DNA from: the human T2T-CHM13v2.0 reference genome, Homo sapiens
Reading direction: 5' to 3' (one strand)
DNA length: 64,000 bases
NCBI RefSeq assembly: GCF_009914755.1
Contig: NC_060939.1
Shown here: positions 25,340 to 41,014 of the stretch, one piece after another
Position numbering within the stretch: the stretch's first letter is position 1
Layout: each line of letters starts with the position of its first letter
Translations under genes and position numbers: made by a program
The notes under the pieces: model-generated
Seen by the model: the letters and a program-made list of their open reading frames with translations, nothing else
Database searches by the model: none
What the model was told of the DNA's origin: nothing

Positions 25340-26802
25340 TGCAGCGGGATAATTTAGGAATCAGAGAGACTGAAGGGTTGAGGAGGATATATATTATTAT
25401 TATTTAGGTGCACCGGCCCAGTCAAATTTAACATCTAAAGGACTGAGCCCTGAACAAAGAGTCAGGTTACCTTTTAAACATTTTATCGGGTCGGGGGAGA
25501 TCTGTGCAGGGGGAGGCATATTACAGAAGCAAGAAACAAAGACAGTTATTCAGTTGAGACATGCATTACATTATTTCTTACTTTTCAAGGAAAAACCTGT
25601 TTTTCGACTGAGTTTATCTGTCTAGTGACCTTGCAGCTGCACAGCTAGAGAATCAGGGTCTTCACAATGCCTGGGAGACGAGGAGAGATAAGGTTCACTA
25701 GCCTCAGAAAAACAGACAGTTAATTTTTAAAGGACTCCACCTCTTTTTCTTTCTTAGGGGGAATTGGGTTTTTTTTTTTTTTTATAACTGAGTTTTTGCT
25801 TACACATTCTTTTTATTATTATTATTATACTTTAAGTTCTAGGGTACATTTGCATAACGTTCAGGTTTGTTACATATGTATACATGTGCCATGTTGGTGT
25901 CCTGCACCCATTAACTCATCATTTACATTAGGTATACCTCCCCCCTCCCCCCCACCCCACAACAGGTCCCCGTGTGTGATGTTCCCCATCCTGTGTCCAA
26001 GTGTTTTCATTGTTCAATTCTGACCTATGAGTGAGAACATGCAGTGTTTGGTTTTCTGTCCTTGAGATAGTTTGCTCAGAATGATGGTTTCCAGCTTCAC
26101 CCATGTCCCTACAAAGGACATGAATTCATCCTTATGGCTGCATGGTATTCCATGGTGTATATGTGCCACATTTTCTTAATCCAGTCTATCATTGATGGAC
26201 ATTTGGGTTGGTTCCAAGTCTTTGCTTTTGTGAATGGTGCCGCGATAAACATACGTGTGCATATGTGTTTATAGCAGCATGATTTATAATCCTTTGGGTA
26301 TATACCCAGTAATGGGATGGCTGGGTCAAACGGTATTTCTAGTTCTAGATCCTCGAGGAATCACCACACTGTCTTCCACGATGGCTGAACTAGTTTACAG
26401 CCCCACCAACAGTGTAAAAGTGTTCCTATTTCTCCACATCCTCTCCAGCACCTGTTGTTTCCTGACTTTTTAATGGTTGCCATTCTAACTGGTCTGAGAT
26501 GGTGTCTCATTGTAGTTTTGATTTGCATTTCTCTGATGGCCAGTGATGATGAGTGTTTTTTCATGTGTCTGTTGGCTGCATAAATGTCTTCTTTTGAGAA
26601 GTGTCTGTTCATATCCTTCACCCACTTGTTGATGGGGTTGCTTGATTTTTTTCTTGTAAATTTGTTTTAAGTTCTTTGTAGATTCTGGATATTAGCCTTT
26701 TGTCAGAGGGGTAGATTGCAAAAATTTTCTCCCATTCTGTAGGTTGCCTGTTCACTCTGATGGTAGTTTCACATTCTTTAATTTCTTTTAATTCCTGTTT
26801 CA
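25340..26802 (-). mobile_element. ERV1 solo LTR (LTR15-like) split by an L1 insertion
   Basis: - strand starts TGAAACAGGAATTAAAAGAAATTAAAG and ends ..ATCCCGCTGCA; 4-bp TSD CCCC at 25336-25339 and 26803-26806; family from recall. Confidence 0.75.
25813..26769 (-). mobile_element. 5'-truncated primate L1 (L1PA4/5-like), ORF2 end and 3'UTR
   Basis: ORF2 C-terminus ([28 protein letters not shown]); (TTA)n tail; TSD CACATTCTTT at 25803-25812 and 26770-26779; CTTT/AA endonuclease site. Confidence 0.93.
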
Positions 26803-27972
26803 CCCCAGCACTCCTGTAGCCCCTTCTGTGCCAGAGGTCAGAGTGTCCAGGTCTGTGTCCAGATCACCCTGCCTCATCTTCATTATATACTTAGCACAAA
26901 ACAGAGCACATTGGGTGCATAATGAATCCACACTAGGCCTTGGCTTCCTTTTAAGCATGAGGATTTTTGGTGTATCCTAATTTACGGTTCAACCTTCCTG
27001 TTTCCACTTGCTTCATTGTTCACTTTGGGAAGGCTTATTCTTTGCTTCGTTAACCCATTCTAATCCTGTGTCTTCTTACTTTGTCCTTTGTAAACCTGCT
27101 TCTTTCTCTTCATCTCTTTTCTTGGTCAGAGACACCCAGAAAATTGTTCCTGACCAAGTGAAGTGAGTTGCCTTATTAGATCCCATTTGAGTCACCTTAT
27201 ACATTAAAAAACATTTTAAACAATGAAAACCACATTTGTGCACATAGTTTACCTTGTTTATTTCCTTAAACATGCTTACAACACAATTTGGACGTAAACA
27301 GGGAAATTTACAGTTATTCTTTGCAGTTTCCTAGTGAATGATTATTTTTTAGACAGACACTTAAGAGCCTACTAAGTATCAAGTGTTTCACAGGTTTCAT
27401 TTAATCTTTACTATTCTGGGAAAGTTTTCATTTCTTTGTTTTACAGATGAGTAGACTCAAACTCAAGGAATTAGATATGATATCCAAGGTCATCTAGATT
27501 TCCAGGCTCTGTCTGCTGGATCACATTTGCTTTTGTACTTTTAACTATGACTGGAATATATAATTTTATAATCCATGTGTAACAACACTGCCTGTGTGTG
27601 GTTTTTTTTCTTTTTTTTTTTTGGGTGGCCTCATTAATGCAGTAATGTTCTCTTGTTTGAAGTTGTAAGTTTCTAAGAAAACAAGGTAGCAGTGCGAAAT
27701 TGGACAATGTCTGGAACTTCCTTCCTCTGCCTTTATTCTTGTCGTTCCATTAGGTATCAGTTGTAGTGATTATAGCCCAAGCCATAGTAACTTTCTTAAA
27801 CTAGAGGCTCCTGAAAATATTTCAAAGAGTTTTTTTAAAAATCTGTAAGCTGCAGTTGAGCAGTTACAAACTTTTTTATTTCCTACTAGATTGATTGCAG
27901 TAGTCATAACATTATTGCTGTCTTCTAAGGGCTCTTTAACATAATGCTTATTTACTGAAATGTGTTTTGTAG

Positions 27973-28077
27973 CTTCATCAGCAATTGAAGTGGTTGATAT
28001 GTGGACTCTGCAGGTTATATAACCTTCCTAAGCACCTGGATGTTGAGATGCCAGATCAACCACTACCCATGGGTCAG
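27973..28077 (+). pseudogene. UBE2Q2: UBE2Q2-like exon (about exon 3)
   Basis: ttgtag|[35 protein letters not shown]; frame open; donor mutated to CTAAAG. Confidence 0.92.
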
Positions 28078-29012
28078 CTAAAGTAAAAATTCTCTAGTGT
28101 TCAAGAGCTAAAATAAATTGTCTCAAACAAAAGTCAAACTAGGATGATTTTTTAAAAATTATTCAACTTATTTAGAAGTTAGTTTTTCTGTACCTGTTAA
28201 ATTGTTTGTTCTGTTTTAGATACTAAAAATAACCTTTTCATTCTTTGGAGCTGCTGGTATTTAGTATGGCAGGCAAACAATTGCCCTTTTCCCTAACAGC
28301 AGCTTTTTGTTGTGAATATTCCTGGTGTCCATAAATGTTCTTGCTTTTTTCATTGCTTGTCTTTGCTCATTGACTTGCCTTTACCTAGAAATGCCGTCTC
28401 CTTAAGTCTGTCTATGCTTCTTAAGGACTTGCCCAAATGTTATCTCCTGCAAGCAACAGAAATCTCCACTAGCTCACCACTACCCCTAACTTCTTCCTGG
28501 ATTTACCTATTTAGGCATCAGCTATTGACTTTTTAGTATAATATGTGAGAATTTAGCTCTTATACCACCCACTTTCCCTTCCTCTTTAGTCATATAAGTA
28601 ATCACTAATTATCATTAGGACTTTGTAAAGCCAAGTTTTGTAGAATATTTAGGATAGGATATTTCTTTCCTTGGTGTTGCTTTTTGTTTTGCAGTGTCTT
28701 CCTCATAACAGTAATTTTTAATTTAAAAAATTCTGTTGTAGCCCTTTCTGTGAGATCTCCTTCTCTTCCAAAGCCTTTGGCTCCTCTGTGCCCATTTTGG
28801 CAGGTTGTTCTTCGGGTTGGCTGTGCACATGTCATCTTGAGGTTTTTCTCATCTGCTCGCCTAGAGTACATCCATTGTTTCCTGGATCCCATGTCATCTT
28901 CTTTGGCTTTCCCTTTGTCATTTTACCTGACTATGTCCTCAAGTAAAACCCTAAGAAAGCATGGAGTGGTATATTTTCTGATCTCTAGCTTCTGAAAAAA
29001 TACAATCCAGTG

Positions 29013-29229
29013 TTTGGGTTTTGGAGCCAGTCTGAGATAGGTTTGAATCTTGGTTCTACTACTTATTAGCTGTATGCCCTTGGGCAGATTCCCTAATTGC
29101 TCTATGCATCAATTTCCATTTGCAAAATGGGGGAACCAGTAATAGTATTAGTACCTATGTTTCTAGGGAGCTGTGAGGATTAAATGAGTTGGTACATGTA
29201 AACCATTTAGAACAGTGCCTGGTGCTTAG
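29013..29229 (+). mobile_element. MIR SINE
   Basis: GGTTTGAATCTTGGTTCTACTACTTATTAGCTGT..TGTGAGGATTAAATGAG..TTAGAACAGTGCCTGG. Confidence 0.82.
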
Positions 29230-29784
29230 CCCATCCCCATCACTATTCACTTTTGTCATAGTCTACCCTCACACTTGATTGATAGTTTGGTTGATTATGT
29301 ATTTCTAGGTTGAGGATAATTTTACCTTAGAATTTCAAAGTCTGTGCTGTTGTCTTCTAACCAGTCATGGTGGTGAGGCCTCATGTCACCCTGAGTTTCA
29401 CTCATTCATGCATGACTTTCTCTCTGGAAGCTTTTAGGAGTTTGTCTTTTCCTTGGTGAGCTGAAATAGCACAACATTGTACTTAGTGTGTGTCTTTTTT
29501 CATTCACTGTGCTGGGTACACCAAATGGATAGGCCTATGGATCGTCTCTTTCAAAGTTGGAATCTTGAATCTTGTCATATTTTTGTTAACTTTCTCCTTT
29601 CCATTTTATTTGTTCATTTTGAAGTGTCTGTTAATTGGATTTTAGTCCTCTTGTTTGAGTCTTGTATCTCACGTCATTTCTAATTTTTTTTAAATTTTAA
29701 GTTCTGGAATATTTTTCTTATTTTTTGACTTTTAGGAAATTTTATTTGGACAGTCATAACTTTAAGTTTTGTTTTGGTTATTTA

Positions 29785-30300
29785 TTGTTGCTTAACCAAT
29801 TTTCCCAAAACTTAATGGCATAAAACTACACATTTGTCTATCTGTCACTACTGTATGGGCTAACTGGGGGTAGCTGGACAGTTTTTCTGCTGGTCTCATT
29901 TGGCATCTCTCACTGTGCGGTTAGACGGTGTCAGAGACTGGTCATCTGGATGCTCAGCTGCAGTGGAATGTCTGAGACGGCTGCTTCACCCACAGGTCTG
30001 CTGCCTTGGTGTTTCTTCTTGTGGCCTTCTCCTCTGCATAGCGTCTCATCCTCTCAGGCCTCTTTGTGTGGTTTCTCTTTCTCCAAGAGGATAGTCAGTA
30101 CTTATTTTGGCTACTAGAAGCACAGAAGTGGAGCTGCCAGGTGTTCTTAAGGCTTAGACCTGGAACAGGTCCAGTGTCATTTCTACCAAATTCTATAGGT
30201 TAAAGTGAGTCTTGAGGCCAACCCAGATTCACTGTGGGATGGGCCTGTCCAGGGACATGATAACAGGAGGTTAGGCTCATTGGGGACCAACTCCCAAGAT
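29785..30300 (-). mobile_element. Old MaLR LTR (MLT1-like)
   Basis: TTTATTGTTGC..CCCAAAACTTAATGGCATAAAAC..TGTCATTTCTACCAAATTCTAT..CCCAGATTCA motifs. Confidence 0.55.
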
Positions 30301-30539
30301 GAACCCTGAGTTCTAAGAACTTTTTCTTCTCTGATTATTCCATATTCATATTCTAATTTTGTTTTATTCATGTAATATATTCACAAGTGTCCTTATGAAG
30401 TGATTTTGATGCTCTTTTGTCTTCTCCCTAGCATCTCTTTGTTCTTTAATAAATTTTTTTCTTAGTTTATTTTGGTCTTATTTTTCTTTTTAAAACCTTT
30501 CCTTAAATATCTATTCTATGTTGCTTATCATTTGTAGTC

Positions 30540-30837
<298 letters not shown>

Positions 30838-30908
30838 TGTATTCTTTTTTTTTTTTAAATTCCCTTTTTTGTTCATTCATATTTGAGAGAGGTACTGAAA
30901 GACTGGGA

Positions 30909-31250
30909 GGCTGGGTGTGGTGGCTCACACCTACAATCTCAGTGCTTTCGGAGATTGACGTGGGAGGATCACTTGAGCCCAGGAGCTCAAGAGTAGTTTG
31001 GGCAATATTATGAGACCCCATCTTTACAAAAAATAAATTAAAAAAAAAAAAGCCAGGTGTGGTGACACCCACCTGTAGTCCCAGCTACTTGGGAGGCTGA
31101 GGCAGGAGGATCGCTTGAGCCCAGGATGTTGAGGCTAAAGTGAGTTGTGATCATGCTGCTGCATTCCTGCATTCCAGCCTGGGTGAAAGAGCAAGATCCT
31201 TTCTCAAATAAATAAATAAATAAAATAAATAAATACAAATAAAAAAATAA
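30909..31250 (+). mobile_element. Alu (AluJ-like)
   Basis: GGAGGATCACTTGAGCCCAGG-type motif in both arms; (AAAT)n tail. Confidence 0.9.
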
Positions 31251-32199
31251 AGAATTGATTGGGAGTTCTGCATGGCGAAGACTTGGCAACTGATAGCTTT
31301 TAGGGGGGAATGTATGCTGATTCCTAATTGTTATCCTCTACCCCTCTATCTTATCTCCCAGTGCAATCATAAATGATGGCTGGAACTACTCCATTCCTCT
31401 GGAGGTGAAATCTACATTCTCTTGTCTGAGGTAGATATGTTTGCTTGGGTTCTGCTTAAGGAGATGGAGGAGAGCAGTGTGTTTCAGGGCCTGGAAAAGG
31501 TGTTCTCTATATAGGCTTTTGGTTAATCTCTGTTTTCAGTCTTGCCTGTCAGTCCCACTCTCGGGGGTACCTGGTGTCTGAGTCTAGAACCTTTCCAGGT
31601 TGCTGTGGGACAAATTAGCTTCCTTGTTTTTGGTATCCCCCAACCTCCACTTTTGTTTGCTTGCTCCATTAATTAACCATTTTCCATTTACTGTCATTTT
31701 CTAATGGAGGTGAATTCTCTTCTGTGGGTAACCCCATTTCTTTTTTTTGTAATTGTTTGTTTATATATTGTTTATTCTTCACTGTATTTCTAGTGGAGCC
31801 TCAGGACAAAGAGCAGATGGTGGAAATATGTGTTCAGTGTTCAGTTTTTTTCTGTAAGACATCTGCAACTTGTGTTTTTCACTGAATATCACGTGGACTT
31901 AATGCATATAGAGCTACCTTGTTTTTCTTGATTGTGCCTACAATTCTATGGAGAAATATAATTTGTGAATTACCTGATGAAATTTTCCTAATTTTGAATC
32001 ATCCTTGCATTCCTATAATAAACACTGTTAGAATGGCTATGGTAATATTTTATTTTTGCATTTTTACTTCTTTATAAAATAAGATTATAGTTTTGTTTGT
32101 TTCTTTTAAGGCTCTTATTTCAGTATCAAGGGTATGCAGGGCTAACTCGGGAAGCTTTACATCTTTTTTCTAAGACCTAGGATGTAGATCTAGTTTACA

Positions 32200-32415
32200 C
32201 AGTAATTTTCAACTGCAGGAATATTTTGCCTCCCATGGGACATTTGGAAATATCTGGAGACATTTTTGTGGTCACAACTGGTCACGGTCGGGAGGTCTTA
32301 TTGGCATTCCGTGGGTAGAGGGGATGTTACTAAATGTCCCACAACACACCAGGAGAACCCTCACAAAGAATTGTCTGGCCCAAGATATCAATATTGCTGA
32401 GGCTGACAAACCCTG
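32200..32415. mobile_element. MER20 hAT DNA transposon (MITE)
   Basis: CAGT..GGGACATTTGGAAATATCTGGAGACATTTTTG..AAAGAATTGTCTGGCCCAA..GCTGAGGCTGACAAACCCTG. Confidence 0.8.
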
Positions 32416-32904
32416 GTTTAAATAAATGTCCAATTTGGAGGATGAGTCTGTCTTTTTCCTTCTTCTGCGTATTGGTCTCCAGATTTTCCATTTCTTCAGT
32501 TAGTTTTCGTAACTGTAGATTCTTAAAAGAAATGAACACTTCTCCCATACTTCTAAGGTGTTGTAAAGATGTGTAAAGTTTTCACTTTTTGCATCATATT
32601 CACATGTGGCTATATGCCCTTTTGTCTTCAAAGTTTTCTTTATCTTGATCACTTATCAGAGGCGTGACTGTTTTATTATCTTAGTCTTTTGAAAGAATCC
32701 TCCCTTAGTTTTATTTTTTAAATTTAGTGGGTTGTTTTCACATTTTCCTTGTGTCTTAATTATTTCCCCTTTTTGTTTATTTTGCTTTTTCTAGTTTAGT
32801 GGATCAATGTAATTTAAACTGCTTTTTAAACAAACCTGTAATGGTATACATTTTCTTTGGGTGCTGTTTGACTTTATTGCACAAGTTTTAAAATCTATTT
32901 TCTA

Positions 32905-33313
<409 letters not shown>

Positions 33314-34414
33314 TTAGTGTAACATATAGTTAGAGCGAGTACTTGGGAACTAATACCTAGCCAGCACCAAGGTGAAGAGAAGGCACATTGCTTGCACTAC
33401 AGAAACCTTCTGCAGGCTGCTTCCTGATCACCATGCCTCTGTACGCTCATCTTGCCTTATATTTCTCTAGTGTTATCACTCATATATGCATCCTTCAACA
33501 ATACGGTGTAGTGTTGCCTATTGTTTGAACTTTTGAAAATCATACTATATGTATTTTTTCATATCTTTGTTGTGCTCAACATTGTGTGTGAAATTTGTTC
33601 CCATTGTGTGTAGTTATAGTTCTTTTGCATTGCTGTATTTACTCCATTGTTTGAATATACCATACCATTTATCCCCTTGACTAGATACAGACATGTGGGT
33701 TGTTTCCAGTGTTATTAGGAACAGTGATTGCTGCTGTGGTCATTCTTGTCTGTATTTCATGGTATCCTTGTGCCAGCATTTCTCTGGGGCACATACTTAG
33801 GAGTTGGATGACTGAGGCATGAGGATCAATTTCTTCTTTTACCCAAGAGTTATCTAGAAAAAAAAAGCATTTTCAGGTGGCTTTTGAGGTGTTTTTAGTG
33901 CATCAGTGTGGTCAGAGAATATGGCCTGTGACCTTTCAGCGAGATTATCAGCAATCATTTAGACTTCACTATTGGTGTTACTGTTGCCTTTGCTTATTGC
34001 TACTTCTTGTATCATGTCTCCTGCTCCCTGCCCCTCGAGTATATCCCTGAATAATATCCTGGGTTTTTGTTTTTTTTTTTTTCCTAGAAAGGGTTTGTGG
34101 GGATGTGTATGGAGTGTGTTCCATGAACTTGCTGTCTGTTATCATTTGTTCAACAAATATTTGACTCTGTATAAAGTACTCCATCCATATCAGTGTGGAG
34201 AATCCAGAGGCAAACATACACAGATACGCTTCCTGTCTTGACGGAGCTAGATATAGAATTCTGAGGTCATAATTGAGTTTCTTTCCAGGTCTTTATACTT
34301 TTATGTTCTGATATTTATTGTTGTAGATGAAAAGTCTGATGCCTATCTGATTCTTAGTTCTTTCTGATAGTTAGTATGATTTTCTGTGTAACTGTAAAGT
34401 GTGGGGGTTTTACT

Positions 34415-34700
<286 letters not shown>

Positions 34701-36787
34701 TTAATGTTTTGCTGAGTCACGTCATTGTGTCCTGGCCCTTCTGCAACTGGTGTGTTGTTTTGTTTTTTTTTTTTTTTTTTTGGTTTAGAGGTCTTATTTT
34801 TACCTCCTAGAATTGTCTTTTGCATAGTAATCTGTTTTGTATTTTGTGGATACAGTATCTTCTCAATTACTGCTAAAGATTCCAATTAGGTTTTAAAATT
34901 CTGCTTGTTTCCTTCATTAGCAGTGCTTCAGGTCATTCGTGCTTCTTTGACTTGGCACCTTCCTTTCAGGTTGCTAATTTTCTTCAACTCTCTGATAATA
35001 CATGGTTATCTGTTCATTTATAGATGAGGTATACCTTTGATCAGTATGAGTTGTTATGAGTGTCTTCAGAATTGTTACTCTTTTCTGCTGTGGCCTCCCC
35101 CTCCTGGTTTGCAGACCTGTGCTCTTCCTGTGGCATGAGGGTGGGGAGGTGCTGGCCAGTGAGCTTTCCAGATTTTGAGCTAAAAGGAAGAGGCAGAGTC
35201 TGTTATAAGATTTTGCTGCTGCATTGAGTTATATTAAAAAAACATTCTGTCTTTTCTCTCTGGTTTTGTCACTGATAGTGAGAGACCATCAAGACAGGCT
35301 TCCTATTACCAGAGTGATCCTTACCAACTATAGTTGGGACAAGTACAGTGAGGAATGATCCTTCAAACAAAAGTGGTCCCTCCATTATTTGGATTGGGTT
35401 TGTGGCTTTCTCGAGCCCAGCAGTCTGATTCCATCTGCTTTGTATCTTCTAGCATGTCCTTATAGTTTTGGTTCACTAAGGGTATTCTTTTTGTATTTGT
35501 TGTTTTGCTGCTGCTGCAGCCGACTTACTCTCTTTTATAAAATTCTGTCATTTCAGTGGGGTTTTAGAAAGAGGACCAGGTCACATCTTGAAATGAAATT
35601 AATCTTAGGATTTCACAGCCCTAACTCACTTTTTGTTTTGATTAAATTACTTCCCCTTTTTGACGGGATAGGGGCTCAGCTTTCTCATGTGTAAAATGAA
35701 GGCTAGTAACTGGGCTAGTGGTGACAGACCCAGATGCATGTGAGAATCACCTCAGAGAGATTTTGCAAAAGAGATTCTTTGGGTAGGCTTTGAAATTAGC
35801 ATTTCAAAAATGCTCTTTCAACCATTGATGCAACCAAATTTTTTGGGACTTTGAGGCTAGGTATATATTCTTTAGATACCCAGAATAATTGGCTTTGGAA
35901 TATAAGAATTTAGGGAAATGAAGAAGGGGTGAATTACATTTTGGAAGCTTCTGCTTAGATACTGCTGAGACCTTTGTTGGTCTTGATTTCTGGATCCTAG
36001 TTTCTAGATCTTTTACATATTCTGAGTTCTAATCTGAACTGGCCTTTATGGTTAAAGCTGCATATATATACTGTGTCCTGGCCAGGAAGCTTGTCTTTTG
36101 ACCTTTGCCCGAACTGGGTACGAAAGCCCCTCCTAAAAATTCATTAGATTCATTTCTGAACTTGATAATTGTAATTTGTGTTAATTGGTAAATTGTGTCT
36201 TGTAGAGAGATATTCGATAGTAAATTACATGTTTTTAAAAAGACAATTTGCTTTATAGTGAGGTGGTAATCAATTCATAACTCTTAGTTTTGGGGAGCGT
36301 CTATTGTAAGTAACACATCTGACCTCTTAAAATGTAAGGAAATTGAATTTATGTAATGATTCAGGCTTTTCAAAGTTAAAAAGGTAGCTGTTTTGAGGAA
36401 CTGATAGTTTGGAATATTTATTTTAAACAAAATAAGCCTTTGATCTTATGCACATAGCCGTACAAGTAAAATGTTTTCTTATTTTAAATTAGATTATGTT
36501 TTAGAATTTTTTTCAGTTTTGCTTTATATTTGACTGATTGCTTTTCTTTATTCCTAAGGCATCCATTAAGTTGAATTGTTCAAAATTGTTTCATTTTTAA
36601 AAGCTGAGAACTGTTGTTTGTCAAATCAAAGTTGGATTTAAAAATGCATATTTTAATTTTAATAAGCTCTTTGGTAGTGGGACTGCAGTGACAGATGGTT
36701 GGGAGTTTGTCCCTAAAGCTGTGACACCAATCTTCTAATGTGCATATTTGTTCTGTGTAGTTCTGGCAGATTCTTTCTCTATTTCAG

Positions 36788-36844
36788 AATGGGACAACAG
36801 AAGAAGTGACTTCAAAAGAAGACGAAGAGGAAGAGATGGATGAA
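36788..36844 (+). pseudogene. UBE2Q2: UBE2Q2-like exon (about exon 4)
   Basis: tttcag|NGTTEEVTSKEDEEEEMDE|gtgggt; frame open; both splice sites intact. Confidence 0.92.
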
Positions 36845-36872
36845 GTGGGTATTTTATATAAGAATAACATTA

Positions 36873-37188
<316 letters not shown>

Positions 37189-37572
37189 TCAGTTTTGGAC
37201 ATTTGAGTAATTCTCTAATCTCCTTTATAAATAACTATTAATATGGAATAATTGAAAGCACGTCGTATTTGGAATGGAATGTAATTTATAAATTCTGGCT
37301 TTACCTCTAACTCATGATATGCCTTCGGGCAAATTGTTTTATCTGAATTCTTGGATTTGATTTTCTGGAAAACAAAAGCTCTTAACTTTTAGCACTAAAA
37401 TTATATTTAATACTAATCAGTACTTAACCTGTATTTGGTTATTTTTTGGAAGAGAAACTACTGAGTTTAAAAAATTTTATGTTTGCATAAAAGGAGAATT
37501 TCAGAATATTTTAGAGACTACTTGCCAGAAGTAGTGAAACTGTCTCTTGCTGAAAAATCATTCAAAGAAATT

Positions 37573-37913
37573 TGTCTTAGTCTGTTTTATAGTATTGTAA
37601 CAGAATAACAGAGAGTGAGTAATTTATGAAGAACAGTCATTTATTTTCTGACAGTTCTGGAGTCTGGGAAATCCAAGATGAAAATATCAACATTTGGTGT
37701 CTCAGGACCTTCTTGTTTCATCCTCACATGGTAGCAGGCAGAAGGGCAGGAGAGCAAGCTAGTCCAATGTGTGAAGCCTCATTCATAAGGGCCTTAATCC
37801 CATGAAGGAGAAAGGAGCCCTCTTGGCCTAATCATCTCTTAAAAGTCCTACCTCTTAATATCATCACATTGGCAACACTTGAATTTTGGAGGGAATACAT
37901 TCAAACAGTAGCA
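37573..37913 (-). mobile_element. MaLR solo LTR (MST/MLT1A-like)
   Basis: TGTCTTAGTC..ACAGTTCTGGAGTCTGGGAAATCCAAGAT..TCCTCACATGG..CATTCAAACAGTAGCA. Confidence 0.8.
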
Positions 37914-38220
37914 AATTTAGTAGAGCAAATTCCAAAGACATTGAGCCTAGGCCAGCTGTCAGTCATGGGTATAATTTTAGATGTTTTCAGGCTCTGAAGC
38001 TTTGCACTTAAATTTGAACTTCAGAACAAAGATCTGTGTCTCTGCATTGACCAAATAGAATGTATGTGAATTCCATGGTGTTGATTGTTTTAAAAGATTT
38101 TTTTCTGTTTGGGGTCTTATAATTAATTTAGGCTTTCATTTTCTTGGTTTGGAAATTATTAATCTAAAATGTACTTTAGAGTGCTTCGGAACTAAAAAGG
38201 TAGTGTTGTAGGCTTGTTTT

Positions 38221-38499
38221 TGTTTGTTTTTTGAGACAGGGTTTCACTGTCACCCAGGCTGGAGTGCAGTAGCGCCGGCATGGCTCACTGTAACCTTGAA
38301 CTCCTGGGTTCAAGCGATCCTCCTGAGTAGCTGGGACTACAGGCCGGTGCCCCACGTCCAGCTAATTTTTTTTTATTTTTTTGTAGAGTTTGAGTCTCAC
38401 TCTGTTGCCCAGGCTGGTCTTGAACTCCTGGCCTCAAGTGATCCACCACCTCGGCCTCCCAAAGTGCTGGGATTACAGGTGTGTGCCACTGTGCCTGGC
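38221..38499 (-). mobile_element. Alu (AluJ-like)
   Basis: 14-bp TSD TGTAGGCTTGTTTT at 38207-38220 and 38500-38513. Confidence 0.92.
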
Positions 38500-39494
38500 T
38501 GTAGGCTTGTTTTATGAGTCTGGGAGTAAAATACTTCTTAAAATTGTCCAATTAGGATGAGAGTCTGTTTTAATGTTTTTATGCAGTTTAGCTTAGGTGG
38601 AATAAACTGCATGAAAACATTAAACCTTTTCCATGGGTCAGGCAGCCATTGTACTAAAGTTCATGAACCCTTTCATTTTCCCTTGACAAGATAATAAACA
38701 AGGGACCGCAACTTTGAGGGAAATCTAGAAAGGTAGGAGACTGGACTTTGGAGTTGTCAGATTAGGACAGGTGAAAAGCAGATATTCTAGGCTCCTAAAA
38801 TAATGTGGGAACAGGCCCAGAGCAACTTTGGACATGGTGTGTTTGGGTGCATTGGATGCTTTTCTTTTGAGAAGGAAGGTTGATGTGTTGAAGTCATGGA
38901 AAGCAAGATTGTCCAGAAAAGACAGATGGACAGAAGTCTTGAATTTGAGACAGGCATGTTTCTATTTGGTATGTTTGTTGATAAGAAGGCCTTAAGCAGG
39001 GAATCGTGTGCTGAGAATATTGTTTTAGAAAGATATGTTGAATTCTGTTTGGGATGTGCTGATTAATACTTAGGTGGAGAAGTTTTGTGGATGGGAACAT
39101 GACTGAGGTTGAAGGTACAGGTGGAAATACAGGCCAAAGGCATTTGTGAGCATTGTGGGAAAACAAGTGTGGGTGGAAGATCAGGGCTGAAAGGTGCACA
39201 CAGGGAGAAGGGAGCTCCATGAAGTACATGGGCAGAGTTTGAGTGAAGGTAGTCAGTAATCTGGTCTAGAAATTGGTGAATTAAGCGGCTTGGGAAAAAA
39301 GTCGAGATAAATATAAACTACCCCTTTAGAGATTTTGGCAATTGAAGTAGAAATATAAGGTAATTGAAAAAAGTTAGGATTTAAACAATTCTGCATATAT
39401 TTGCGTATGTGTAAGAACAGATAGTATGGGAAGGGAGGGAGCAGAATGATGTGAATAAAGATGTTGTTCTGCAGGGTATTATTCAAATTCTTTT

Positions 39495-39628
<134 letters not shown>

Positions 39629-40155
39629 TCAAATTCTTTTTCTAACTTATTTTTAAGTTATTAACATCAATAGGTGCTTACTACATAAAACCATAAACTT
39701 GGAAATCAGGGGAAAGCACCAAATGTCTCCAGAGATAACAACTAAAATTAATTGAAATTAACATTTCAATGTAAGTTGTTCTGGTCTTTTTCTGTGCTTA
39801 TTTCAGCATAATTGAAATTCTCTCTATTCCTTTGTGTAATCCATTTTTCATTTCAAAGTTTTTCGATACAGGAGAAATTATGCCGTGTTGATATTTCAGT
39901 GGCTGCTTAATAGTTCATGGAATTGAGTTAACTGTTTTGCTATTTTTGCACATGCAGATTTTGTGTTTGTTTTTGTGGTTGCAAGGTTGAAATAGGTATT
40001 CTTATGCCTAAATTTGTGTTTACCTCTTAGACTAGTTTCTTGTAATACAATTCTAGAAGTCGAGTTTCTGGAACAAACTATGAACAGTTAAGGTTCTTGA
40101 CACCTGCTGCTAAACTGTTTCAAAGGTTCCTCTTAGGAGATTTAAAAGATGGCTT

Positions 40156-40480
40156 GGCCAGGCGTGGTGTCTCACGCCGGTAATCCCAGCACTTTGGGAG
40201 GCTGAGGTGGGCAGATCACTTGACGTCATAAGTTTGAGACCAGCCTGGCCAACATGTTGAAACCCTGTCTCTACTAAAAATACAAAGAAATTAGCTGGGC
40301 GTGGTGGTGTACGTCTGTAATCCCAGCTACTCAGGAGACTGAGGCATGAGAATCACTTGAACCTGGGAGGCAGAGGTTGCAGTGAGCAGAGATCGCGCCA
40401 CTATACTCCTGCCTGAGTGACAGAGTGAGACTCTATCTTACAAAAATAAAATAAAATAAATAAAGAAGTAAATAAATAAA
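40156..40480 (+). mobile_element. Alu (AluS-like)
   Basis: Full dimer, (AAAT)n tail, flanked by GATGGCTT repeats. Confidence 0.92.
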
Positions 40481-40739
40481 TGATGGCTTATTTCATAATA
40501 GTTGTGACTTTGTAAAGCTTTTAAATCTGCTTTCCCCAGAGTCTAGCTTTTAAATAAAATACAGGATATAAAAGGTGGGAGCCTCTTGAATGGAATGTGG
40601 GGGCTTTTTCTTTCTCCCCATAGGATAGATATATTCTGTTTCCTGTCCCCCACCAAGTCAAGAATAATTTAAGTTTTGGCATAAGAAACTGCTGAAGGAA
40701 AGTGGGTTGAATCGGCTAATATTTTTCTTCTTTTTGCAG

Positions 40740-40877
40740 GATATAGAAGACTTAGATCACTATGAGATGAAAGAAGAGCCTATTAGTGAGAAGAAGTTGG
40801 AGGATGAAGGAACTGAAAAAGAAAATTGGGCAATATTAGAGAAAATTAGGAAGACTGAAAGGCAAGGCCATTTAAAT
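40740..40877 (+). pseudogene. UBE2Q2: UBE2Q2-like exon (about exon 5)
   Basis: ttgcag|[46 protein letters not shown]; frame open; followed by GT-GTAAGT, so the best donor is shifted +2 (exon end 40879). Confidence 0.94.
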
Positions 40878-41014
40878 GTGTAAGTGTGTATAAATATCTG
40901 GACTTTTTGGTTAAGTAATTATAGTTAATACCAGGCAATTCATGAACATGCCGATGTCAGCTGCTCTCCTCCTCCATTCCTGCCTTAGTGGTGGATTCAG
41001 TCATGTGTTTATTG